Virus record (IMG/VR): IMGVR_UViG_3300044822_000051
Span: 1 to 51,590 of that record
DNA length: 51,590 nt
Strand: one strand, 5' to 3'
DNA from: a virus
Lineage: Duplodnaviria > Caudoviricetes
Below are positions 43,870-51,590 of the stretch, one piece after another. Position 1 is the first letter of the stretch; each line of letters begins with the position of its first letter. The position numbers and the translations under genes are program-made. Below the pieces are notes generated by a model. The model worked only from the letters and a program-made list of their open reading frames with translations. It made no database searches and was not told where the DNA came from.

Positions 43870-45374
43870 ACGTTATCCTAGCTCAGATTCAGGCACTATT
43901 GAGCCAGTTGGGTTTTCCAACTGCGGGCACTACGAACGTGCCGCAAATTCAGTGGACAACTACAGGGCTGGTTATTCCGTCTGAGGCGGCGGTGCTTGCG
44001 GGCGTGTTGTTGGATTGGAACGCGGTAGCCAATAATAACTTTAACCCCGCATTCAACACGCCGCAAGGTACGCTGATTTCCGCGCAGGCTGCGGCTATTT
44101 CGAATTGCTACGCGCAGATAGCGCTGATTGTGGCCGGCATGGACCCGGATCAAAATTACGGGTTCATGCAGGACGTTATAGGCCGGATCTATTATCAGAA
44201 TCGCAGTCCCGGTACGCCCACGGTTGTGTCATGCGTGGTCAATGGGCTCAACGGAACCGCTGTCCCCTACAACACTCCGATAGCAGAAGATACGTCCGGT
44301 AATGAGTACGTGTGCCAGGTCTCGGGCGCGTCGATACCGATTTCAGGCAACATCACGTTGACATTCGCCAACACGGTAAACGGTCCGATAGCTTGCGCGG
44401 CGAATTCCATCAAGTTGATTCAGGCCATCACCGGTATTGACTCCATATCCAACCCGGCCGTAGGCATTCCGGGCACCCTCGTGGAGTCTAGCGAAGCGTT
44501 TGAGTTCCAGCGTGAGCAATCCGTGGGCTCAAATTCGCAGGGCCTTACCGCATCCATCCAAGGGCAGGTGATCGGATTGCCGGGGGTAATTGACTGTTAC
44601 ACGATCGACAACCCCTCAACATCGGCGGTGCTGGTAGGGTCTACCAATTTTTCAGTAGCCGCAAAATCGGTCTACGTGGGCGTTATTGGCGGCACAGCAA
44701 CAGCCATAGCTAAAGCCATTTGGACCAAGAAAAGTTTGGGCTGCGGTTACAATGGTAACACTACAATTACCGTTACCGATACCAGCGTATCTACGAATCC
44801 GACGTATTCGGTTAGTTTCAACAACAACGCCGAAAACCCGGTTACGTACAACCTAACTATAAACATCAAGACCAACACCCTCCTGCCGTCCACGATAGTG
44901 ACGGATGTGCAAGCCGCGGCAAGTGGCGCGTTTTTGGGCACACTACCCGGCACGCAGCGAATTCGCATCGGGTCCACGTTTACCCCGATATCCTCCATTG
45001 CGCCATCTGTTACGACGTGCGAGGGGCCGGACATACCGGTGCAGATAGAGTCAATTTACATCGGCTCGGCATTCTCAGGCCAAGGCACCCTGACGAACGG
45101 CTCCAACGTGTTGACCATCAGCACGGCCAGCTCCGGTACTCTAACTGCGGGCACACCTGTAAAAGATGCCGCAAGCGCGATCCCTGCAGGTGCGTATATT
45201 GTGCAACAGCTTACGGGCACGGTTGGCGGGGTAGGTACGTATCAATTATCCATGAATGCGACGGCTACGGAGAGCACTGAGGCTATAACCGGCACTGCGA
45301 CAGGCACCGCCGCTACGATTGGCATAGACCAGAGCCCCGTGCTGGGCACTGTGACAGTTAACCTCGTATCATGA
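43866..45374 (+). CDS. Baseplate J-like wedge protein
   Basis: TPQG.L, G.MQD.IGRIY..R, ES..AFE..R..SV, IAKAIWTKK..GC.YNGNT. Confidence 0.88.
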   Translation: MNVILAQIQALLSQLGFPTAGTTNVPQIQWTTTGLVIPSEAAVLAGVLLDWNAVANNNFNPAFNTPQGTLISAQAAAISNCYAQIALIVAGMDPDQNYGFMQDVIGRIYYQNRSPGTPTVVSCVVNGLNGTAVPYNTPIAEDTSGNEYVCQVSGASIPISGNITLTFANTVNGPIACAANSIKLIQAITGIDSISNPAVGIPGTLVESSEAFEFQREQSVGSNSQGLTASIQGQVIGLPGVIDCYTIDNPSTSAVLVGSTNFSVAAKSVYVGVIGGTATAIAKAIWTKKSLGCGYNGNTTITVTDTSVSTNPTYSVSFNNNAENPVTYNLTINIKTNTLLPSTIVTDVQAAASGAFLGTLPGTQRIRIGSTFTPISSIAPSVTTCEGPDIPVQIESIYIGSAFSGQGTLTNGSNVLTISTASSGTLTAGTPVKDAASAIPAGAYIVQQLTGTVGGVGTYQLSMNATATESTEAITGTATGTAATIGIDQSPVLGTVTVNLVS

Positions 45375-45958
45375 GCGCGTCGTTTCCAACATTTGACGTT
45401 GATCAAGTGAATATTTCGCAGTTCGCGAATTCGCCCAAAGTGTCCGCATTGATAAGCGATTTTAACGCATGGTTTGATACTTCACCAAACCTGCTGCAGT
45501 TTTATAACTTGGTTTGGAACATCCTAACGGCCAAAGGATTCGGGCTGGACATTTGGGGCCGCATTTTGGGCGTCACGCGCAACATAACATTGTCGGGCAC
45601 CGGTACCTATTTCGGGTTTGTGAACGACGGCGCCGGAGATTTCACGGGGTTCGGGCAAGCGCCGTTTTACAGCGGCGCGACAGATACGACAACATACACG
45701 TTATCCGATACTCAGTATTTACCCGTGCTGCTGGCGAAGGCATTGGCCAACATATCCGTATGCACGGCCCCGTTGTTGAATCAACTGCTAGCCATTCTTT
45801 TCGCAGGCTACGGCCCCGTGTGGACGCAAGACAACGGCAATATGTCCATGTCTTACGTATTCTCGTTTACCCCGACCAACGTGCAAGAGGCAATGGTCAC
45901 GCAGCTCGGCATTCTCCCACATCCGGACGGCGTAGCCGTTAACATCGTCATAGTTTGA
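45371..45958 (+). CDS. Baseplate wedge protein (DUF2612)
   Basis: ISQFANSP, VWNILTAKGFGLDIWGRILGV.R, KALANI, LP.P.GV. Confidence 0.88.
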   Translation: MSASFPTFDVDQVNISQFANSPKVSALISDFNAWFDTSPNLLQFYNLVWNILTAKGFGLDIWGRILGVTRNITLSGTGTYFGFVNDGAGDFTGFGQAPFYSGATDTTTYTLSDTQYLPVLLAKALANISVCTAPLLNQLLAILFAGYGPVWTQDNGNMSMSYVFSFTPTNVQEAMVTQLGILPHPDGVAVNIVIV

Positions 45959-45965
45959 GGCAATC

Positions 45966-46670
45966 ATGGCAGGCGCACCCGCACCCGTAGACATTTATCT
46001 CCCTTGGGCCGCTAGTGCTTCAAGCTCCTATGTTAATTCGCCCATGCCTGTGCCGTCGCAGTTGCCCGGTAGCCCTGGGCGCGCAAGTTACACGGATGGG
46101 TTTCCGCCTCAAACATTCGAATCAATTGTGTCAGGAGGAACGGGGCCTGACGGGCGCGATATGAACGGGGTGATAAAGGATATCACTACCAACATAGTCG
46201 CTTGGGGCGGCGGCCAGCGCCCACAGTTCAATTCCACGTTTGCCAGTGAGTACGGCGGTTACGCCGTGGGCGCTATTGTGGCAATGGCGAACGGTACTGG
46301 CGAATGGATCAATACTGTATCAGGCAACACAAACAACCCTGATACTGCTGCGGCGGCTACGTCTGGTTGGTTCGCGTTGACTCGATCCGGCCAAAATAGC
46401 ATATCTGTAACGGGCGCCAGCACCATATTAACGGCTGTTCAAGCGGCGTGTAACATACTGAGCCTGACTGGCTCTGTAGGCACTACGGTGCAATTGCCCC
46501 CATGGCCTGGAATGTGGCTTGTGTATAACAACATAACTGCCGGTTCCGTGGCGATAGAGTCAACTGGCTCCGGTTCGTTTTTATTACCCGTGGGTATATT
46601 TACCATAGTAATCGTATCTCAAGGCGGTAATTGTTACGGTACGCTGTCTCAGCCTTCCTTTAACACGTGA
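45966..46670 (+). CDS. Tail fibre protein (proximal)
   Basis: ASYTDGFPP.T...GG..P.G.DMNG, GGYAVGA, NTNNPD. Confidence 0.8.
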   Translation: MAGAPAPVDIYLPWAASASSSYVNSPMPVPSQLPGSPGRASYTDGFPPQTFESIVSGGTGPDGRDMNGVIKDITTNIVAWGGGQRPQFNSTFASEYGGYAVGAIVAMANGTGEWINTVSGNTNNPDTAAAATSGWFALTRSGQNSISVTGASTILTAVQAACNILSLTGSVGTTVQLPPWPGMWLVYNNITAGSVAIESTGSGSFLLPVGIFTIVIVSQGGNCYGTLSQPSFNT

Positions 46671-46673
46671 CGT

Positions 46674-47606
46674 ATGCCGTCTAATTTTTACGTCAATAGC
46701 GTTGATCTGGACAGCATTTTCGCGCCCATCCAGTCCGGTATGACGCCCACGGCGCCTACGGGGTACACGGTCAACGGCGCTGACTTAAATTCCCGCTACG
46801 CGCCGTTAACTTACGGTTCTGCCGCGGGTGTAACCAATTATAAAGTTAACAGTGCGGACCTAAACACGCTGTTCGCAGCCTTTGGCTCAACCAACATCGT
46901 TATTTTGGTTGGCCCCTCCAACGTATCTGGCTCGGCTGCGGCGGGCTCACCATCTGGCACAGTTACCAGCTCAATCCCTATGACGGTGTCTGTGTCCGGC
47001 GGCCATCCGCCCTACACATACACGTGGGTAGTTTCCGGGGGCGCAGTGGCTAATAGCCCGAATTCGCCTACCACTTTCATAAGCGCGACGGTCAATGCCA
47101 GCTCCACGCTCTCGGGAACGGCGTACTGCACTATATACGACTCTACCGGACGGTCTGTAAACACCAGTTCAGCAAGTTGGCTGTTGAGTAACACGTCGGT
47201 CAATGAGATGGTATTTAGCTTTAGGGCGCAAAATACCGGTGGAGCAATAGGTTATGGTAGCCCCACTTTTTACGGTTCTGGTAACCCGGCCACGCCTGAG
47301 CCCGTGGAGTCTGCAAGCGGTGGCCAGCAGCTCATTGGCCTAGTGTGGGAGCCAGTACCTAACGCGTCCGTGGGGAGTATTGTGCTCACCATGTATGCGT
47401 TAAATGGTGTTGAAATACCCGCATCGTTTGTAACGACGTTAACATTGCCCAACACATTTGGCGGTAGCACCATTACGTTGTCGGGCGCCAGTGCAGCCAT
47501 ATCCCGCAATCCCAACACGAACTATACCCAGTGGACTTGGGAAGGATATGCGCAATGCTTTGTATCGGGTACTACCTATAACGCAACTGTAGTTTACAGC
47601 CCATAG
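46674..47606 (+). CDS. Tail fibre / receptor-binding protein with Ig-like segment
   Basis: Three N-terminal Y.VN..DL...[FY]A repeats; SGG.PPYTYTW. Confidence 0.7.
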   Translation: MPSNFYVNSVDLDSIFAPIQSGMTPTAPTGYTVNGADLNSRYAPLTYGSAAGVTNYKVNSADLNTLFAAFGSTNIVILVGPSNVSGSAAAGSPSGTVTSSIPMTVSVSGGHPPYTYTWVVSGGAVANSPNSPTTFISATVNASSTLSGTAYCTIYDSTGRSVNTSSASWLLSNTSVNEMVFSFRAQNTGGAIGYGSPTFYGSGNPATPEPVESASGGQQLIGLVWEPVPNASVGSIVLTMYALNGVEIPASFVTTLTLPNTFGGSTITLSGASAAISRNPNTNYTQWTWEGYAQCFVSGTTYNATVVYSP

Positions 47607-47622
47607 GTATAGCGGGGATTAC

Positions 47623-47838
47623 ATGAGCCTTGATGAGACCAGCCGCATGATTGGCCAACTTGAAGCAAAGGTTGCGGATCTACAGAAACGCACGGTCAGC
47701 ATGGATTCAAAGTTAGATAGACTACTCGCTCGATCTGTGAAAACGCAGTTGTCTATAAAACATTGGACAATGTTGATAGCGGGCGGTTCCTTGGGTGGTG
47801 GCGGGATCACTCACCTATTGCGGAGATTGTTCGAATGA
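47623..47838 (+). CDS. Coiled-coil plus TM small protein (holin/antiholin candidate)
   Basis: IGQLEAKV..L coil with C-terminal hydrophobic segment; coupled to the endolysin. Confidence 0.6.
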   Translation: MSLDETSRMIGQLEAKVADLQKRTVSMDSKLDRLLARSVKTQLSIKHWTMLIAGGSLGGGGITHLLRRLFE

Positions 47839-48353
47839 CTCGTAATGAAGCCATTGCGCTAATGATCCGTCTGGAGGGTGGCTTCACCGATAATCCGAAA
47901 GATCCAGGCGGCGCGACAAAGTTTGGTATCACTCAGCGCACATTGGGCTATTGGCGGTCACTGATGACCGGCCCAGCCGATGTAAAAGATCTAACCATTG
48001 CGCAAGCCACCCGTATATATGAGCTGGTGGACTGGGCACAAATTCACGGTGATCAGCTCCCGGCCGCTCTCGCCGTGCTGGTGCTCAACAGCGCCGTTAA
48101 CCAAGGTGAGCCCACGGCTGTTCGGCTGCTTCAAGCCGCGCTGAAGTTGCCGCAGACGGGGGTGATGGGTGCACCGGAACTCGCGGCAATCGCCACGTGG
48201 CATTCCCCTTACATGCCCGAGCAGACGCTTGCCGAGGAGTATTGCGCCCAAGTTGCCGTGCGGTATGCCCATTTAGATAGCACTGAGGCGGTTTTCGAAT
48301 TGGGCTGGTTTCGGCGGCTAATGCGGGTGTATACTGCCGCAGTTAAAGCCTGA
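47835..48353 (+). CDS. Endolysin, glycoside hydrolase family 108
   Basis: EGGF.DNPKDPGGATKFGIT, AVNQG, LQ.AL, F..GW..R. Confidence 0.93.
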   Translation: MTRNEAIALMIRLEGGFTDNPKDPGGATKFGITQRTLGYWRSLMTGPADVKDLTIAQATRIYELVDWAQIHGDQLPAALAVLVLNSAVNQGEPTAVRLLQAALKLPQTGVMGAPELAAIATWHSPYMPEQTLAEEYCAQVAVRYAHLDSTEAVFELGWFRRLMRVYTAAVKA

Positions 48354-48354
48354 G

Positions 48355-48573
48355 GTGCCTATGACGAGTGCCGAGCTGCGCATGCGGTTAATTCTGGCGA
48401 GCGTTGTCCTAAAGACTTTAGAGCCCTACGCCAAAAGATACGGCGTGGATCTGAGTCTAGATGATGTCATCAACCTATTCATCGTGGCGGGCAGTGCATG
48501 GCATTTCGTAACACCTTATTTAAAGCGTTTTTTCCCTACAGAGCCGGTAGCACCGGCGAAGGTAAACCCATGA
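48355..48573 (+). CDS. Holin candidate
   Basis: Small protein with 1-2 hydrophobic helices after the endolysin. Confidence 0.55.
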   Translation: MPMTSAELRMRLILASVVLKTLEPYAKRYGVDLSLDDVINLFIVAGSAWHFVTPYLKRFFPTEPVAPAKVNP

Positions 48574-48857
48574 ACACTGCCGAGACCCAAGTTGTTGCCG
48601 CAGCGGTACCCGAATTGGTCGCCGCCCTTCAAGCGTTCAGTCAGTTCGAGACGGACGTTGGTACCGATCCGACCCAGTGGCCTGTCCGGTTCCCCGCCGC
48701 AAAACTCAAATTCCTGGGCACCGTGGGGTTGCAGCTTCAGCCCCTAATCGGCGCCGAGGTGACCGCTGGGGAAGGTATCATCAATTCCACCACGGCTGGT
48801 TGGATCGCGAAGCTTCAGTCATTGGCGGCATCGGCGACGGCTCCCAAAACAGCGTAG
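48570..48857 (+). CDS. Hypothetical protein in the lysis cassette
   Basis: ATGA-coupled ORF MNTAETQVV... Confidence 0.65.
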   Translation: MNTAETQVVAAAVPELVAALQAFSQFETDVGTDPTQWPVRFPAAKLKFLGTVGLQLQPLIGAEVTAGEGIINSTTAGWIAKLQSLAASATAPKTA

Positions 48858-48864
48858 CTGATTA

Positions 48865-49437
48865 GTGATTCATTTCCTGCATGGGATTCGAACCGGCGCC
48901 CGCACCGAGGTAAAAGGGCTCATCCCCTACCTTATGGGCGCCGGTTTCGATGTAGCGTATCCCGACTACGGCTACGAATTGGAGCTTGAGACGCGCTTTG
49001 TCAACCCTATGATCGTGGGATCTATCCTCCCCTATATCAAGCCGGGTGACATCCTGGTAGGCCACAGCAACGGCTGTGCGCTCATTCTGGACCTATTGGA
49101 CGCAGGTGCGCCCGCTACCCGACTCGCACTCATCAACCCGGCCCTGGAAACGTGTCCAGTGTTCCCTGAGCGGATTATCGCCGTAGACGTGTATTTCAAC
49201 CCAGGCGATACGATCACCGAAGCTGCAGCCATTGCTGAGCGACTGGGCTGGGTTGACCACGTGTGGGGCGAAATGGGTCACGCGGGGTATCAAGGGAGTG
49301 ACCCACGCGTGGAGAATATCAATTGCGGACAGCAAACACTGCTTCCCAGCGTTCATGGGCATTCAGATATTTTCACGCCCGACAAACTTAAGGACTGGGG
49401 TCCTTATATTGCACATCGGCTGGCGGCACTTGTTTAG
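48865..49437 (+). CDS. Alpha/beta hydrolase (esterase/lipase-like)
   Basis: LHG oxyanion region, GHSNG nucleophile elbow, NPGD, GHSD. Confidence 0.85.
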   Translation: MIHFLHGIRTGARTEVKGLIPYLMGAGFDVAYPDYGYELELETRFVNPMIVGSILPYIKPGDILVGHSNGCALILDLLDAGAPATRLALINPALETCPVFPERIIAVDVYFNPGDTITEAAAIAERLGWVDHVWGEMGHAGYQGSDPRVENINCGQQTLLPSVHGHSDIFTPDKLKDWGPYIAHRLAALV

Positions 49438-49564
49438 CCATAGCTTTTAACTGCCGTTTCGTACATCCCCCTAGTTTTGCCCTATATCGCGCCCGAGCTG
49501 CGGCTTTCAGTTTTTCCCGATTGGCCGCGTAATACTTCGCCGAGGCGCGCTGTTTAGCGGTCAT
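49388..49564 (-). CDS. Small basic protein (resembles an HNH N-terminal helix)
   Basis: MTAKQRASAKYYAANREKLKAAARARY; ATGA overlap with the polymerase stop. Confidence 0.5.
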   Translation of the reverse strand: MTAKQRASAKYYAANREKLKAAARARYRAKLGGCTKRQLKAMAKQVPPADVQYKDPSP

Positions 49565-51590
49565 TCCCATTTCCCGTGCATGTAGGTTTCCTCGGCGCCT
49601 GGGGCATATACGGGCCATGGGCGGCCCCAATCGTCAATAGCCCAGGGTTTGCCAGCGTTCACAATGCTCAAGTACTCCTCCTTGCTGCCGCGCCCTTCCT
49701 CAACTTCAGCCACGATTTCGTCATGGGTTTGCATCACCGGTAAGTATATGCCGGTTTCATCCAACGCGCAAAGTGCGTCAGCCTGGAACTCGCGCGCCAC
49801 TTTGGCCACTACGTTCTGCGTCTCCACTCCGCCATAGAGGAACATTTTTATCCAACCCGGTGCGCCTTTCTTCGGGTTAGAGTTCCAGCCGTAGTAACTA
49901 AGCTCAAGTTCCCACGGGCTCGCATACGGCCTATCAGACGGGCGCAATTCAGGCTGATGATATATCAGCGGGTCTCCATCACCGGGGGGCATGCAGTAGA
50001 GAGCGTCACCGAAGCACATGAATCTAACTCCACGATACGCGTAGCACTGCCCGCGATCGAGGACCGCGGAGATAGCCGCACCCTCAAGGCCGTACAGCTC
50101 TGGTCGCTCATTATCCGTAAACTTTCCTCGAGTTTGGCCGCCCCAAAACTCGGTGATTGCGGGTTGCTTGTCTCGAACCAACTTGATGATGCGTTTGATG
50201 TTTTCATCGCTACCTAATAGCTTATCGGCCCCGAATCGTTTCCAGCCGTCTATCCACGCGCCGAAGTCAGCCGAGAGCACAGCCAGTTTCCCTAGTTGCC
50301 TATCGTCATGATGCTTGTGGTGTTTCTCGGCGTAATCGATATAAAACTGCATTGGCGTCCCAGTGATTTGAGATGCCATAGCGAGATAGATTGATTCGCG
50401 CGCGTGGAATACGTCCAGGCGCCATTTCTCGCCGGCTAGGGCTGACGTAACAACAGCCTGGATGGCACTGTAGTCACTAGCAATAAGCCTGCAGCCAGGA
50501 CGGGCAATCACCAGAGACCGGAGACAGTCGGCGATAACCTCAAGCGCATCGCCATAGGCAGATTCAACAAACTCAAGGCTGCGGCTAGCAATAACACTAA
50601 GTGCGCGTTCCACCTTTTCGGGTTTGTCTAACCTACCTTTCCATAGGTTGGCCATCTGGACGCCTTGACCGTTCCACAGAAACGTGTGAGCGGCAGCGTA
50701 GGCATATTGGTGGCGCAGACGACCATCTGCACATACCTGGGCGCGCATGGCGTACAGCTTCGCAACTGAGCTGAAAGCCATCGTCTGGCGGATCTTGGCC
50801 ACGCGGCGCACTGCGTCCGGTAAACCCTTGTCGTCAATGGCAGCGGCTACGATATCTTTATCAAACTTGTCGAAGTGCACCCCGTGGGCGCTGCGGAACC
50901 ATTTGAGCATCTTGGCGCTCTCGGCGCCTTTCTGCACTGCGCCGTTGGTGATTACGCACAACTCCGCATTATACTTTTCGAACACCTGTTCCATGACGGC
51001 TATGCAATCGTCCATAGCCTTGGTGTTGATCTGCATGCCGCGCTCATTCATCCGGGCAGACATTCCTGACACACGCCGCTCTCGCGGCGATAGATCCGGT
51101 ATGAGTGCGTTAGCGCCCATTTCAGACACTACGTCAGTATCGTTATATCGATACAGCCTTGCAAAATCCTCAGCCGCGGTTTGAGGCGTCCAACGTAGCG
51201 CAGGGTTCGCATTCGTCGGATTTTGAGGCACTGTTAGCTTGCGTATCAGCTCATCACCGGCAGCGTCCTTTTGCACCATTTTAAGTGGTTGCCCCGGCAA
51301 TACGTTCCGGTTCAATACTTTGCCAACATTCTTCAGAGCGCGGGGATAGCCTGCTACCGCGGCCTTGTCCATGGTGTCTTGACATTGCTCCATGCGCAAC
51401 ACGGGCCAGTTCCACTTAGGCACACAGTAAAAATTCCACACTTCCCACTCGAAACCTAAAATATTCCAACCCCCGAGGGGGTGGCCGTCTGCCACGTGGT
51501 CTAAGAGGTGCCATGGTTGATTGTTGCCGATTATCAGCGGCTCACCTCCATCACCTATTTTAAAGGTTTCGGCATTCGGCACCCAGTGCT
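49561..51590 (-). CDS. DNA polymerase family A, C-terminal part (continues from 452->1)
   Basis: WNILGFE (ExoII), YNDTDV (ExoIII), SDYSAIQA (motif A), RQLGKLAVLSADFG (motif B), THDEIV (motif C). Confidence 0.95.
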   Translation of the reverse strand, partial: HWVPNAETFKIGDGGEPLIIGNNQPWHLLDHVADGHPLGGWNILGFEWEVWNFYCVPKWNWPVLRMEQCQDTMDKAAVAGYPRALKNVGKVLNRNVLPGQPLKMVQKDAAGDELIRKLTVPQNPTNANPALRWTPQTAAEDFARLYRYNDTDVVSEMGANALIPDLSPRERRVSGMSARMNERGMQINTKAMDDCIAVMEQVFEKYNAELCVITNGAVQKGAESAKMLKWFRSAHGVHFDKFDKDIVAAAIDDKGLPDAVRRVAKIRQTMAFSSVAKLYAMRAQVCADGRLRHQYAYAAAHTFLWNGQGVQMANLWKGRLDKPEKVERALSVIASRSLEFVESAYGDALEVIADCLRSLVIARPGCRLIASDYSAIQAVVTSALAGEKWRLDVFHARESIYLAMASQITGTPMQFYIDYAEKHHKHHDDRQLGKLAVLSADFGAWIDGWKRFGADKLLGSDENIKRIIKLVRDKQPAITEFWGGQTRGKFTDNERPELYGLEGAAISAVLDRGQCYAYRGVRFMCFGDALYCMPPGDGDPLIYHQPELRPSDRPYASPWELELSYYGWNSNPKKGAPGWIKMFLYGGVETQNVVAKVAREFQADALCALDETGIYLPVMQTHDEIVAEVEEGRGSKEEYLSIVNAGKPWAIDDWGRPWPVYAPGAEETYMHGKWE
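51464..51590. repeat. Terminal direct repeat (assembly overlap), copy 2
   Basis: Identical to 1-127. Confidence 0.97.

Overview
The window is a complete circularly assembled genome of a contractile-tailed dsDNA phage. Bases 1-127 equal 51464-51590, so the unique length is 51,463 bp. Gene order resembles Bcep781/OP2-like myoviruses. The replication arm encodes a family-A DNA polymerase split across the window ends, SSB, a Cas4-like nuclease, an SF2 helicase, VRR-NUC, a TetR-like HTH protein and an NrS-1-type primase-helicase. Next come two tRNA genes, small leftward accessory genes, TerS/TerL, the head module (DUF1073 portal, DUF2213 protease, DUF2184 capsid), sheath, tube, baseplate, fibres and a GH108 lysis cassette. 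I recognised no integrase. All family calls come from motif recognition, not database searches. Main candidates for new biology: (1) an operon of four signal-peptide-bearing, Cys-paired fibre-like proteins directly upstream of a sheath gene with two apparent starts and a TFD-repeat extension; (2) 11 copies of a TGAC-N6-GTCA palindrome, mostly filling sigma70 promoter spacers in front of accessory cassettes, with one upstream of the TetR-like gene; (3) a coiled-coil moron protein containing a 13-aa copy of the phage's own capsid sequence with only synonymous differences; (4) a ~200-nt strongly structured RNA upstream of the polymerase; (5) paired E->Q and Y->F changes at the polymerase steric-gate region.
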